NCBI GenBank assembly: GCA_038327245.1
Contig: JBBQKV010000003.1
Span: 1 to 50,427, forward strand
Reading direction: 5' to 3'
Length of the DNA stretch: 50,427 nt
Source: Acidobacteriota bacterium
GTDB taxonomy: Bacteria; Acidobacteriota; Thermoanaerobaculia; UBA5066; Gp7-AA6
Position numbers and translations under genes: made by a program. This document shows, piece after piece, positions 26,705-36,820 of the stretch; within the stretch, counting starts at the first letter, position 1; each line of letters opens with the position of its first letter. Below the pieces are notes generated by a model. The model was not told where the DNA came from. It worked only from the letters and a program-made list of their open reading frames with translations, and made no database searches.

Positions 26705-27316
26705 GTGCGGCGCCTGCGACTCGCCGAGCTGCTGGCTTCGCCCGGGGAGCTGTCCGGTTTGCGCCAGCTCCTTCTCGACGGCGGCGTCGCGGCCATTCCG
26801 ACCGAGACCTTCTACGCGCTCGCGGCGGATCCCCGGAGCGCCGCGGGCGTCGCCCGGATCTTCCGGATCAAGGGGCGCGACGACGGCAAGCCGCTCTTGA
26901 CGCTGTTCTGGGATCGCACGCAGCTCGCGGCGCTCGGGATCGCCTCGGATTCCGCCACGCTCGACCGCTTCCTCCGGATCTGGCCGTCGCCTCTGACGGT
27001 CGTCCTTCCGCTTTCCGAGGAGATCGCCGCGTCCCGCGGCTCACCCACGCTGGCGGTGCGCATGCCGGACCACCCGGACGTCCTCCGGCTCCTCTCCGCG
27101 GTCGGGCCCCTGACCGGCACGAGCGCGAACCGTTCCGGCGCTCCGGCTCTCTCGGATCCCGGCGAAGTGGCGGCCGCCGTCGGCGACGATCTGGACGTTC
27201 TCGTGGACGGCGGCCGGACTCCCGGGGGAGAGCCGTCGACGGTGCTCGACGCGACGCGGATTCCGCCGGTCGTGCTGCGGGCGGGGGCGTTTCCGTGGCC
27301 TCCGGCCGGGGAATGA
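26705..27316 (+). CDS. tsaC: Threonylcarbamoyl-AMP synthase (YrdC/Sua5)
   Basis: PTETFYAL, IKGR..KPL, VRMP, TSANRSG, PSTVLD. Confidence 0.93.
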   Translation: MRRLRLAELLASPGELSGLRQLLLDGGVAAIPTETFYALAADPRSAAGVARIFRIKGRDDGKPLLTLFWDRTQLAALGIASDSATLDRFLRIWPSPLTVVLPLSEEIAASRGSPTLAVRMPDHPDVLRLLSAVGPLTGTSANRSGAPALSDPGEVAAAVGDDLDVLVDGGRTPGGEPSTVLDATRIPPVVLRAGAFPWPPAGE

Positions 27317-27349
27317 CGGGGGAAGCGCCGTGCTAGATTGCCCGTTTTC

Positions 27350-27889
27350 ATGGGCTTCGTTCGAGAGTACGCCGGAAAGACGCCGCGCCTCGGCGAGAGG
27401 GTGTATCTCGCGGAGACCGCGGCGGTGATCGGGGACGTCGTCCTCGGGGACGACGTGTCGGTCTGGTACAACTCGGTCGTCCGCGGCGACTGCCACTTCA
27501 TCCGCGTGGGCGCCCGCACGAACATCCAGGACAACTGCGCGATCCACGTGACGCAGGAGAAGTACCCCACGGTCCTCGAGGAAGAAGTGACGCTCGGGCA
27601 CGGAGCGATCGTTCACGGCGCGACGGTCCGGCGGGGTGCGCTCATCGGAATCCGCGCGACGGTCCTCGACGGAGCGGACGTCGGCGAGTCGGCCTTCGTG
27701 GGCGCCGGCGCGCTCGTCACGCCGCGAACCGTGGTGCCGCCGCGAACGCTGTGGCTCGGAGCGCCCGCGCGCCGGGTGCGCGACCTCTCCGATGCCGAGG
27801 TCGAGGACCTGACCCACTTCCATCTCAACTACCTGGGTTACAAGGAGGAGTACTTCCGGATCGACGGCCGGTGGGCTTCGACCCGATGA
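27350..27889 (+). CDS. Gamma carbonic anhydrase family protein (YrdA-like)
   Basis: VIGDVVLG, VVRGD, TNIQDNCAIH, GHGAIVHG. Confidence 0.93.
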   Translation: MGFVREYAGKTPRLGERVYLAETAAVIGDVVLGDDVSVWYNSVVRGDCHFIRVGARTNIQDNCAIHVTQEKYPTVLEEEVTLGHGAIVHGATVRRGALIGIRATVLDGADVGESAFVGAGALVTPRTVVPPRTLWLGAPARRVRDLSDAEVEDLTHFHLNYLGYKEEYFRIDGRWASTR

Positions 27890-29181
27890 ATCCGCGTTAC
27901 CGGTCGGTCAAGGGCACGCGCGATCTTCTCCCCCCCGAGAGCGAGCGCTGGAACGAGGCGGAGAGAATCGCGCGCGAGACTTTCCGGTCGCGTGGATACG
28001 GAGAGATCCGCACGCCGATCCTGGAGGACACCGCGCTCTTCGCCCGGTCGGTCGGCGAGACCACGGACATCGTCCACAAGGAGATGTACACGTTCGCGGA
28101 CCGCAAGGGCCGTTCCGTGACGATGCGCCCCGAAAACACGGCGGGGGTGGTGCGGGCGGTGATCGAGCAGGGTCTCGCCGCCGGGCCGATGCCGCTGCGC
28201 CTCTACTACGTCGGGCCGCAGTTCCGCTACGAGCGACCGCAGGCCGGCCGGTACCGCGAGTTCTCCCAGATCGGTGTGGAGCTCTTCGGAGTCGCCGGAC
28301 CCGCGGCGGAGGCCGAAGTCCTGGAAATGCTGTTCGACTTTCTGCGGGCCCTGGGATTCCGCTCGCTCACGGCGTCCCTGAACTCCGTCGGAACGGGCGA
28401 GACCCGCGCGAAGTTCGGCGAGGCTCTGCGGGCGCACCTGGAGCCCCGCTCGGAAGCTTTCGGCGAAGACGATCGCCGGAAGCTTGCGGACAACCCGCTG
28501 CGTCTGTTCGACTCGAAGGACCCGGACGTTCGGAGTGCGCTCGAGGGCGCGCCGAGGACTCTGGATTTCCTGGACGACGACTCCCGGCGCCACCACGACG
28601 AGGTCCGCCGCCTCCTCGAAGAGGCCGCGATCCCGTACCGCGACGATCCTTCTCTCGTGCGCGGCCTCGACTACTACACGCGCACGGTGTTCGAGGTGGT
28701 CTCGGGAGACCTCGGCGCGCAGGACGCGATCCTGGGTGGAGGCCGGTACGACGGTCTCGTCGAATCCCTGGGCGGACCGCTACTTGCCGGAATCGGCTTC
28801 GCGATCGGGGAGGACCGCCTGCTGCAGGTCGCTCCGCTCCCCCTGCCGCGGCGGCCCTGCGTCGTCGTCCTGCCGCAGAGGCCGGACGACCTCCCGGAGG
28901 CGACCCGGATCGCGCGGGAGATCCGCGCGGTATTTCCGGGCGGCTGCGTCGAGGTAGATCTCGCGGCCCGCGGCCTCAAAAAGGGCATGGCGCGGGCGAG
29001 CGCTCTCTTCGAGGAGGCGGACGCGCGCGGCTTCGACCGCGAGGGAATGCTCGCGGTGCTGGTGGGAGAGCGCGAGCGAGCGGAAGGCGCCGTGACCGTC
29101 AAGCGTCTCGCGACCGGGGAGCAGGAGACTTTTCCCCGCGCCGATCTCGCCGAGAAGCTCGGCGCCGCGAGGGAGCGATGA
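27886..29181 (+). CDS. hisS: Histidyl-tRNA synthetase
   Basis: KGTRDLLP, KEMYTF, RPENTA, FRYERPQAGRYREF, VRGLDYY, GGGRYDGL. Confidence 0.97.
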   Translation: MNPRYRSVKGTRDLLPPESERWNEAERIARETFRSRGYGEIRTPILEDTALFARSVGETTDIVHKEMYTFADRKGRSVTMRPENTAGVVRAVIEQGLAAGPMPLRLYYVGPQFRYERPQAGRYREFSQIGVELFGVAGPAAEAEVLEMLFDFLRALGFRSLTASLNSVGTGETRAKFGEALRAHLEPRSEAFGEDDRRKLADNPLRLFDSKDPDVRSALEGAPRTLDFLDDDSRRHHDEVRRLLEEAAIPYRDDPSLVRGLDYYTRTVFEVVSGDLGAQDAILGGGRYDGLVESLGGPLLAGIGFAIGEDRLLQVAPLPLPRRPCVVVLPQRPDDLPEATRIAREIRAVFPGGCVEVDLAARGLKKGMARASALFEEADARGFDREGMLAVLVGERERAEGAVTVKRLATGEQETFPRADLAEKLGAARER

Positions 29182-30968
29182 ACGGGACGCGACAGCCCGC
29201 CGGAGAGCTGAGCGCCGCCGACGCAGGGCGCCGCGTTCTGCTTCGCGGGTGGGTGGGCCGGCGGCGCGACCTCGGTGAGCTCATCTTCCTGACCGTGCGC
29301 GACCGGAGCGGCGTCGTGCAGGTGCTCTTCGACCGGGCCCGGTCCGGCGAGGAGGCCGCGGTCCGCGCGGGGGACGCCCGGCCCGAGGACGTCGTCGAGA
29401 TCGAGGGAGAGGTGGTGCGGCGGGCCGACGCCCAGGTGAACCGGGATACGCCGACCGGCGAGATCGAGGTCGTCGCCACCCGGCTGGAGTTTCTCGCGCG
29501 GGCGGAGACGCCGCCGTTTCTGCCGGAGGACCGCACGAACGCGACGGAGGAGCTGCGGCTGGAGTACCGCTACATCGACCTCCGCCGCCCCGCGATGCTC
29601 AAGAACTTCGTCCTGCGCGACGAGATCGCGTTCCGCGTCCGGCGGACCCTCCACGAGCTCGGGTTCCTCGAGGTCGAGACGCCCATGCTGACGAAGTCGA
29701 CGCCGGAAGGGGCGCGCGACTATCTGGTTCCGTCCCGCGTCCATCCCGGGAAGTTCTACGCGCTCCCGCAGTCTCCGCAGCTCTTCAAGCAGATCCTCAT
29801 GGTCTCCGGGTTCGAGCGGTACTTCCAGATCGCGCGCTGCTTTCGCGACGAGGATCTCCGCGCCGACCGGCAGCCGGAGTTCACTCAGATCGACCTCGAG
29901 ATGTCCTTTGGAACCGAGGAAGACGTGTTCGGGGTCGTCGAGGCCGTGCTCGCCGCGGCTTTCGGAGCCGCCGGGATCGACGCGCCCCGCCCGTTTCCGC
30001 GGCTGACCTACGCCGAGTCGATGCGGCTCTATGGAACCGACCGACCGGACCTCCGGTACGCGATGCCGCTGTCGGACCTCTCGGCCGCGGCGCAGGGCTC
30101 GGGGTTCGTCCCGTTCGACAAGGCGTTGGCGTCCGGCGGAACGGTCCGGGGGCTGCGGGTGCAGGGCGGCGCCGCGCTGTCGCGGAAGAAGCTGGACGAC
30201 TGGACCGAGGTCGCACGAGCCCACGGCGCGTCCGGTCTCGTCTGGGCGAAGCGATCGGAGGGGGAGACGTCGTCGCCGGCGAAGAAAGCGATGGGGGATG
30301 GCGCCCTGGAGAGGGTTCTCGCGGCCGCGGAGATCAGGGACGGGGACCTGCTCCTGGCGGTGGCGGACAGACCTCCGATCGCGGCGGCCTCGCTCGCCGC
30401 GCTCCGCGTCGCGGCCGCGAAGGAGATCGGCGCGGTGGACTCTTCGAAGCACGCGTTCTGCTGGGTGACGGAGTTCCCGCTCTTCGGACTGGACGAGAAG
30501 AGCAGGACCTGGTTTCCGATGAACCATCCGTTCACGTCGCCACGCGAGGAGGACCTCGAGCTCCTGGAGAGCGAACCGGGCGCCGCCCGGGCCCGCGCGT
30601 ACGACGTCGTTCTGAACGGAGAAGAGCTCGGGAGCGGATCGATCCGCATCCACCGGGCGGACGTGCAGGAGCGGGTCTTCCGCGCGCTGGGGATCTCGGA
30701 AATGGAGGGCCGCGAGCGTTTCGGGTTCCTCCTCGACGCGCTGCGATACGGCGCGCCTCCCCACGGCGGGATCGCCCTCGGCCTCGACCGGATCTGCATG
30801 ATCGCCGCGGGCGCGAGCTCGCTGCGCGACGTCATCGCGTTTCCCAAGACGACGTCGGGTAGCGACCTCATGACCGGGTCGCCGTCCACGGTCGAGCCCG
30901 CGCAGTTGGACGAGCTCGCGATCGCTCTCGTGCGGCCTACCTCCTCGGACCGTCCGACCGACTCGTGA
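29178..30968 (+). CDS. aspS: Aspartyl-tRNA synthetase
   Basis: RRDLG, STPEGARDY, LPQSPQLFKQ, CFRDEDLRADRQPEFTQ, GAPPHGGIALGLDR. Confidence 0.98.
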   Translation: MNGTRQPAGELSAADAGRRVLLRGWVGRRRDLGELIFLTVRDRSGVVQVLFDRARSGEEAAVRAGDARPEDVVEIEGEVVRRADAQVNRDTPTGEIEVVATRLEFLARAETPPFLPEDRTNATEELRLEYRYIDLRRPAMLKNFVLRDEIAFRVRRTLHELGFLEVETPMLTKSTPEGARDYLVPSRVHPGKFYALPQSPQLFKQILMVSGFERYFQIARCFRDEDLRADRQPEFTQIDLEMSFGTEEDVFGVVEAVLAAAFGAAGIDAPRPFPRLTYAESMRLYGTDRPDLRYAMPLSDLSAAAQGSGFVPFDKALASGGTVRGLRVQGGAALSRKKLDDWTEVARAHGASGLVWAKRSEGETSSPAKKAMGDGALERVLAAAEIRDGDLLLAVADRPPIAAASLAALRVAAAKEIGAVDSSKHAFCWVTEFPLFGLDEKSRTWFPMNHPFTSPREEDLELLESEPGAARARAYDVVLNGEELGSGSIRIHRADVQERVFRALGISEMEGRERFGFLLDALRYGAPPHGGIALGLDRICMIAAGASSLRDVIAFPKTTSGSDLMTGSPSTVEPAQLDELAIALVRPTSSDRPTDS

Positions 30969-32041
30969 CCGCCGAGCGGATCGTCATCCGCACCGGAGAG
31001 ACCGAAAGCGTCGTCTGGCTGGGGCAGGGACTGCTCGGGTCCGCCGCTTCCCGCCTGGTCTCGCCTTCCGGGCGCTTCCTCCTCGTCTCGGCGAAGGCGG
31101 CCCGCGAGCCGGTCGCCGTCGTGCGCGCGGCGCTCTCGGGTCGCCTCCTTCTGGACGTCGAAATCGAGGACTCCGAGGAAAACAAGACGCTCGACTCGCT
31201 GCGCGCGATCACGGACCACGCGCTCGCTGCCGGAGTCCGCCGCGACGACGCCTTCGTGGCCGCCGGCGGGGGAGTCGTTACGGACCTGGTCGGTTTCGCC
31301 GCGGCGATCGTCCTGCGCGGCGTGACGTGGAACGCGGTTCCGACGACCGTCGCCGGCATGGCCGACGCGGCGATCGGAGGCAAGACCGGAGTCGATCACC
31401 CGCTCGGCAAGAACCTCCTCGGAGCGTTCCATCCGCCGCGATCGGTCCTCGTAGATCCCGCGGCGGCGGCGACCCTTTCGGACCGCGACTACAAGAGCGG
31501 CCTGGTGGAAGCGTGCAAGGCTGCCTGGATCCGCGACTCGAAGCTGTCCGGTCGGGTGGAGCAGCTCCTCGACAAGGTCCTGGCGCGGGACGAGGCGGCC
31601 CTCCTGGAGTTCATCTCGGGCGCCGTCCGGATCAAGGCCGACATCGTGTCGGGCGATCTCCGCGAAACGGGAGATCGGCGCCTCCTGAACTTCGGGCACA
31701 CTCTCGGGCACGCGTTCGAGGCGGCCGGGGGATACCGGTCGCTTCGCCATGGCGAGGCCGTGGCGTGGGGCATCGCCGCGGCGCTTTCGATCTCCCGGAG
31801 CCGGGCGCAGCTGACCGAGTCGGACTCGTCGCGGGTCCTCGCGGTCCTCGGGCGTCTCGGTCCGTTCGCCGAGCCGGTGCGCTCGCCGGACGCGCTCTCG
31901 CCGGTCCTGGCGCGCGACAAGAAGGCGACGGCGCGCGGGATCGCGGGAGTCCTCCTCGAAAGGATCGGCCATGCCCGAGTGGAGGAGTCCATACCGGAGG
32001 AGGAGTGGCTCGCCGCCGCCGCGGAGGCCACCATCCCGTGA
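30965..32041 (+). CDS. aroB: 3-dehydroquinate synthase
   Basis: GGGVVTD, VPTT, DAAIGGKTG, KNLLGAFH, LNFGHTLGHA, HGEAV. Confidence 0.95.
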   Translation: MTAERIVIRTGETESVVWLGQGLLGSAASRLVSPSGRFLLVSAKAAREPVAVVRAALSGRLLLDVEIEDSEENKTLDSLRAITDHALAAGVRRDDAFVAAGGGVVTDLVGFAAAIVLRGVTWNAVPTTVAGMADAAIGGKTGVDHPLGKNLLGAFHPPRSVLVDPAAAATLSDRDYKSGLVEACKAAWIRDSKLSGRVEQLLDKVLARDEAALLEFISGAVRIKADIVSGDLRETGDRRLLNFGHTLGHAFEAAGGYRSLRHGEAVAWGIAAALSISRSRAQLTESDSSRVLAVLGRLGPFAEPVRSPDALSPVLARDKKATARGIAGVLLERIGHARVEESIPEEEWLAAAAEATIP

Positions 32042-32105
32042 TCGGAGTCACCTTTTGGGGACCGTGCCGCCCCGCGAGACCCCCTGGCCCCCCGGGGTCG
32101 GGGCC

Positions 32106-32131
32106 GACTTCGGTCGAAGTCCCTCTATAAT
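32106..32131 (+). promoter_or_regulatory. Perfect palindrome next to a consensus -10 box upstream of the HD-GYP gene
   Basis: GACTTCG-GT-CGAAGTC at 32106-32121; TATAAT at 32126-32131. Confidence 0.6.
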
Positions 32132-32147
32132 GAGGCCACTCTTGAAG

Positions 32148-33887
32148 ATGAATCCCCGCCGCCGGCGGCTCCGCCTGTTCGTCGTGCTCTCGGGAGCGTT
32201 CGTTCTCGCGTCGCTCGTGCCGCTGCTCGTCTCGGACGCGGCGCTCATCCGGCGCAATCGACGCGCCCTCGAGGTGCTCGAGGAAAAGTACCTGACCCGC
32301 TCGTCGTCCGCCCTCGCGGATCGGATCGCCGCGTACCATGCGTCTGCGCGCGAGGAGCTCAATAACGCCGCCAACTCCGTACGCCTCTCCCGTCAGCTCA
32401 CGGGCGAGAACCCCTTCACCTCCGAGAACGGCCCCGAGATCCTTCGCGCCGCGCTCAAGGGGGAGACGCCGCTTCTCGCTCTCCGCGGCGTGAACCGCAA
32501 GGGCGTCGGCAGCTTTGCGGGTCTGCCCTCCCTTCCTTCGGTCGTCCAGTTCGAGTTCCGGCGAGCCTTCGAGTCGGCCCGGGACGGCGCGTCCTACTCG
32601 GGCGACCCCTTCGAGGCGCCCTCCATCGGCCCGGTCTCGGTTCTCGCGGAGCCCGTGACGGACGAGGACGGATTGATCGGCGTCGTCGAGGCGCTCGTTT
32701 CCTGGGAGCCCATCCGCCGCGAGTTCGCCGATGAGGCGCGGCGGGACGTTCGCGCGACGCTCGTCGACCGTCATGGCCGGGTCCTTTTCCCGGTCCGCCC
32801 GCTCGGTGGAGAGCGCCGTCACGCGTCCTCGCTCGTTTCGGACTTCGAGCGCTTTCCGGCGCGGGTGACGCGCTCCGAGGCGCAGCCGGGCTTGAGGGTC
32901 CTCGCCTCGATCGCGCCGGTGGGGCGTCCCGAGTGGGGCGTGCTGCTCGAGCGGGACCTGGCGGCGGCGTTCGCTTCCGTGGACCGGATGGTCGACGACA
33001 CCCTGCTCTGGAGCGCGGCCGCGCTCGCCGGGGCACTCCTGCTCGGTCTCTTCTCCGCTCGCCGGCTCTCGCGCCCGATCACGCAACTCGCCGAATCCAC
33101 CCGCGCGGTCAGCGAGGGACAGTACGGCGTGAGCGTGAAGGTGACGGGTACCGCGGAACTCGCCGATCTTTCCGAAAACTTCAACCGGATGAGCGAGTCC
33201 ATCCGAGACGCGATCGAGAACCTCAAGCGGGCGGCGCGAGAGAACCACGAGCTCTTCATCAACTCCATCCGCGCCCTGGCGGCCGCGATCGACGCGAAAG
33301 ATCCCTACACCCGCGGCCACTCCGAGCGGGTGGCGCGTTATGCGTCGCAGGTCGCACGGGAGATGGGACTCACGCCCGAAGACGTGCGCCGCGTGCGCCT
33401 GTCCGCTCTGCTCCACGACGTCGGGAAGATCGGCATCGACGACCGGATCCTGCGAAAGCCGACGGCGCTGACGGAAGAAGAGTTCGAGGTCATGAAGAGC
33501 CACCCCACCAAGGGCGCGGCTATCATGGAGACCATTCCCCAGCTTCGCGACGTCATTCCGGGGATGAAGCACCACCACGAGCGGTGGGAGGGGGGCGGCT
33601 ACCCCGACGGGCTGAGCGGAGAGAACATCCCTCTCCAGGCGCGGATCGTTTCGGTGGCAGATACGTTCGACGCGATGACGACCACCCGTCCGTACCAGCG
33701 AGCAATGGACATCCGGTTCGTCTTCCAGCGCCTGAGAGACCTCGCGGGCAATCGGTTCGATCCGACGATCGTGGAAGCCCTGATCAATTCCTACGAGAAG
33801 GGGGAGCTCGTGCCGATCGCGAGGGAAGAGGCGCCCCCCGAGGTCGCCGTCGCCGCCACCCCGTTGCGGCGCGTGGAAGCGAGTTGA
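32148..33887 (+). CDS. Membrane HD-GYP phosphodiesterase (TM, Cache-like sensor, TM, HAMP, HD-GYP)
   Basis: DAKDPYTRGHSERV, LLHDVGKIG, HHERWEGGGYPDGL, VADTFDAMT. Start could be at 32142 or 32148. Confidence 0.93.
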   Translation: MNPRRRRLRLFVVLSGAFVLASLVPLLVSDAALIRRNRRALEVLEEKYLTRSSSALADRIAAYHASAREELNNAANSVRLSRQLTGENPFTSENGPEILRAALKGETPLLALRGVNRKGVGSFAGLPSLPSVVQFEFRRAFESARDGASYSGDPFEAPSIGPVSVLAEPVTDEDGLIGVVEALVSWEPIRREFADEARRDVRATLVDRHGRVLFPVRPLGGERRHASSLVSDFERFPARVTRSEAQPGLRVLASIAPVGRPEWGVLLERDLAAAFASVDRMVDDTLLWSAAALAGALLLGLFSARRLSRPITQLAESTRAVSEGQYGVSVKVTGTAELADLSENFNRMSESIRDAIENLKRAARENHELFINSIRALAAAIDAKDPYTRGHSERVARYASQVAREMGLTPEDVRRVRLSALLHDVGKIGIDDRILRKPTALTEEEFEVMKSHPTKGAAIMETIPQLRDVIPGMKHHHERWEGGGYPDGLSGENIPLQARIVSVADTFDAMTTTRPYQRAMDIRFVFQRLRDLAGNRFDPTIVEALINSYEKGELVPIAREEAPPEVAVAATPLRRVEAS

Positions 33888-34678
33888 AGGTTCCCCGGCG
33901 CAGCTCCGCCGGACTGCTGGCTCTCTCGCTTCTCGTCACGCTCCCGTCGGCCTGCGCGTCCCAGGCGAAGAAAACGAGCTCCGCCGAGCTCCTGTTGAAC
34001 GAGCGCATGGCGGCAGTTCTTCTACGCGAGGGCCGCGCGGCCGAGGCGGAGCGGACCTACCGGGACGTCCTTCCGAGCGACGCGAAGAACCCGGAGGTTC
34101 ACGACGGGCTGGGCGTCGCGCTCCTCATGCAGGCTCGCTACAAGGAGGCCTTTGCCTCCTTCGACCGCGCGGTGGACCTGGACCACGAAAAACCGCTCTT
34201 TCGAATTCATCGCGGCATGGCGAGCCTCGAGCTGGGCCGTTTCGCCGACGCCGAGGGAGACTTCCAGGTCGCCGAAAATTCTTCCGAAGCGGACGACCGG
34301 CTGGACGCCGCGATCAACCGCGGACGGCTCAAGCAGCGGCAGAAGGACTTCGTCGCCGCTGAGGAGGCGTTTTCGGTGGCGCTCTCCCGGGACCCCAGGT
34401 CCTCGGCGGCGCTGGTCGGCCGCGGGATCGCGCGCGAGTCCCGCGGGGCCCTCGAGCCGGCCGCGCAGGACTACCTCGAGGCAATCCGGCTCGAGCCCAA
34501 GAACGCGGACGCGCACCTGCGCCTCGGCCTGGCGCTCCTGACCCTGAAGAAACCGGCTCTCGGCCGCCGTTACCTCGAGCGCACGATCGAGCTCGATCCG
34601 ACGGGTGAGACCGGCGCCAAGGCCCGTTTGATCCTGGAGGAGACCCAGCTGTCCGGAGCCAACTCGCCGCGGTCCTAG
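33884..34678 (+). CDS. TPR-repeat lipoprotein
   Basis: TTG overlaps the upstream stop; lipobox-like PSA-C; tandem TPR helices. Confidence 0.82.
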   Translation: MKVPRRSSAGLLALSLLVTLPSACASQAKKTSSAELLLNERMAAVLLREGRAAEAERTYRDVLPSDAKNPEVHDGLGVALLMQARYKEAFASFDRAVDLDHEKPLFRIHRGMASLELGRFADAEGDFQVAENSSEADDRLDAAINRGRLKQRQKDFVAAEEAFSVALSRDPRSSAALVGRGIARESRGALEPAAQDYLEAIRLEPKNADAHLRLGLALLTLKKPALGRRYLERTIELDPTGETGAKARLILEETQLSGANSPRS

Positions 34679-34712
34679 CCCGGTCCCGCCGACGAGGAAT
34701 AATCTCGACCCG

Positions 34713-35678
34713 ATGACCGAGCGCCCGGGCGGCCTGCTGGCGAAAGTTCGTCGTGGGCTCTTCATGACCCACACGGAAATCCTCGAGAAGCTCGGGGACG
34801 CCGTCAAGAAAGGTCTGGGCTTCGACGAGTCGGTCCTGGAGTCGCTCGAGGAAGTCCTGCTGGCCGCGGACGTGGGGGCGCCAACGGCGGCCGCGCTGAC
34901 CGAGGGGGTGCGCCGGCGCCGTGCGTCCGCGTCACGCAGCGACCTCGCGGCGCTGAAGGCCGCGCTGGTCGAGGAGATCGAGGACCTGATCGCCAAAGCG
35001 CCGCGGCCGCCGATTGCCGCACTCGTTCCGCTCGAGGTGATCTTTCTCGTCGGCGTCAACGGCTCCGGGAAGACCACGACGACCGCGAAGCTCGCGGCTC
35101 GGGAGGTCGCTGCCGGTCGGAGCGTCTTGCTGGCAGCGGCGGACACATTCCGCGCCGGCGCGATCGAGCAGCTCGAGGTCTGGGCCGGACGTCTCGGCGT
35201 CGCGGTGGTCCGCCACCAGGAGGGCGCCGATCCTTCCGCCGTGCTCTTCGATGCGCTCGCGGCAGCGAAGGCGAGGGGCACGGAGAAGCTCTTCGTCGAC
35301 ACGGCGGGACGCCTGCACACCAAGAAGAACCTGATGGAGGAGCTGGCGAAGCTGCGCCGGATCGCGGCGCGCGAAGTGCCCGGTTCCCCGCACCAGGTCC
35401 TGCTGGTGCTCGACGCGACCACCGGCATGAACGGCCTCGCCCAGGCGCGGCGCTTCGTCGAGGCGGCCGGAGCGACCGGAGTCGTTCTCACGAAGCTCGA
35501 CGGCAGCGCGCGCGGCGGGATCGTCCTCGCGATCTACCGGGAGCTCGGCCTGCCGGTCCTGTTCGTGGGGGTCGGCGAAGCGATCGACGACCTCGTTCCC
35601 TTCGATCCCGCGGATTACGCGCGGGCGCTTCTGGAGGATGCTCCCGAGGACGCGGTGCGTCGCGACGCGGCGTTTTGA
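34713..35678 (+). CDS. ftsY: SRP receptor GTPase (NG domain only)
   Basis: GVNGSGKTTT, DTFRAGA, DTAGR, TKLDG, GVGE. Confidence 0.97.
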   Translation: MTERPGGLLAKVRRGLFMTHTEILEKLGDAVKKGLGFDESVLESLEEVLLAADVGAPTAAALTEGVRRRRASASRSDLAALKAALVEEIEDLIAKAPRPPIAALVPLEVIFLVGVNGSGKTTTTAKLAAREVAAGRSVLLAAADTFRAGAIEQLEVWAGRLGVAVVRHQEGADPSAVLFDALAAAKARGTEKLFVDTAGRLHTKKNLMEELAKLRRIAAREVPGSPHQVLLVLDATTGMNGLAQARRFVEAAGATGVVLTKLDGSARGGIVLAIYRELGLPVLFVGVGEAIDDLVPFDPADYARALLEDAPEDAVRRDAAF

Positions 35679-36784
35679 ACCCGCCCAATCCGGACCTCCT
35701 CCTGGCCCGGACTCTCGACCTCGCGGAGCGGGGCCGTTACACGGTGCCCCCGAATCCGATGGTCGGCGCGCTCGTCGCCCGGCGCGGCCGGATCGTTACG
35801 GAGGCCTGGCACCGCCGGGCGGGAGGACCGCACGCCGAGGTCGCGGCCCTCGACGCCGCCGGTGCGCGGGCGCGGGGCGCGGACCTCTACGTCTCCCTGG
35901 AGCCCTGCGTGCACGTGGGCCGCACGCCGCCGTGCGCGCCCCGGATCATGGAATCCGGAATCGCCCGGGTCTTCGTCGCGGCGAGGGATCCGAATCCTCT
36001 CGTGGCGGGGAGCGGGATCCGGGCGCTCCGGCGGAGCGGAATCGAGGTGCTGGAAGCGGACTCCTCGCTCCGTCTCGCGGCCGAGCGGCAGAACGAGAAG
36101 TTCCGGACGTGGATCACCCGGCGGCGCCCTTTCGTTCTGGCCAAGTGGGCCGCCACGCTCGATGGAAAGATCGCCGCGGCCTCGGGGGAGAGCCGCTGGA
36201 TCACGGGCCCGGCATCCCGGCGCCGTGCGCTCCTCCTCCGGGAGGAATACGACGCGGTTCTCGTGGGCGCCCGCACGGTCGAAGCGGACGACCCGATGCT
36301 CACGCGGCGCCTCGGAAAGGCGGGACGCCGCACGTTTCGCCGCGTCGTCCTCGACGGAAGGCTGCGCGTGCCGGCGTCGGCGCAGCTCTTCCGGAATCCG
36401 GAAGACGTCCGGGTGGCGACGGCGCTGCCTCCGGATCACGCGAAGGTCCGGCGGCTCGCGTCGCGGGGGGTCGCGGTCTGGAGCCTCCCGGGAAAGAGCG
36501 GCGGCGTCGACCTTCCCCGCCTGCTTGCGCGGCTGGCCGCGGAGGAAGTCACGGGCCTGCTGGTCGAGGGGGGCTCGGAAACCCTGTTCGGCTTCTTCCG
36601 CGCCGGCCTGGTGGACCGGGTCGCGGTCTTCTTCGCGCCCCGCGTTCTGGGGGGCCGGGCCGCGCCCGGCGGCGTGGGGGGCGCGGGATTCCCGCTCGAC
36701 CGCGCCCGGCGCGTGATCGACGTGGAGCACGAACGCCTCGGCGCCGACTGGCTCGTGACGGGCCGGGTCGCGCCTCGCCGCTAG
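35675..36784 (+). CDS. ribD: Bifunctional riboflavin deaminase/reductase
   Basis: PNPMVG, HAE, LEPC.H.GRTPPC, TLDGKI, VEGG. Confidence 0.97.
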   Translation: MNPPNPDLLLARTLDLAERGRYTVPPNPMVGALVARRGRIVTEAWHRRAGGPHAEVAALDAAGARARGADLYVSLEPCVHVGRTPPCAPRIMESGIARVFVAARDPNPLVAGSGIRALRRSGIEVLEADSSLRLAAERQNEKFRTWITRRRPFVLAKWAATLDGKIAAASGESRWITGPASRRRALLLREEYDAVLVGARTVEADDPMLTRRLGKAGRRTFRRVVLDGRLRVPASAQLFRNPEDVRVATALPPDHAKVRRLASRGVAVWSLPGKSGGVDLPRLLARLAAEEVTGLLVEGGSETLFGFFRAGLVDRVAVFFAPRVLGGRAAPGGVGGAGFPLDRARRVIDVEHERLGADWLVTGRVAPRR

Positions 36785-36820
36785 CCTCGGGATCGCGCGG
36801 GGGCCGATACACTTCGCCGG

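Noticed and set aside
29178-30968. Non-discriminating AspRS
   Set aside because: Has RRDLG (Leu) rather than the His-Gly pattern typical of non-discriminating enzymes; nothing unusual can be supported.
35600-36820. FMN riboswitch at ribD/ribE, or cobalamin riboswitch before the BtuF-like gene
   Set aside because: ribD overlaps ftsY, and the other gaps are only 36 and 42 nt, too short for these RNAs.
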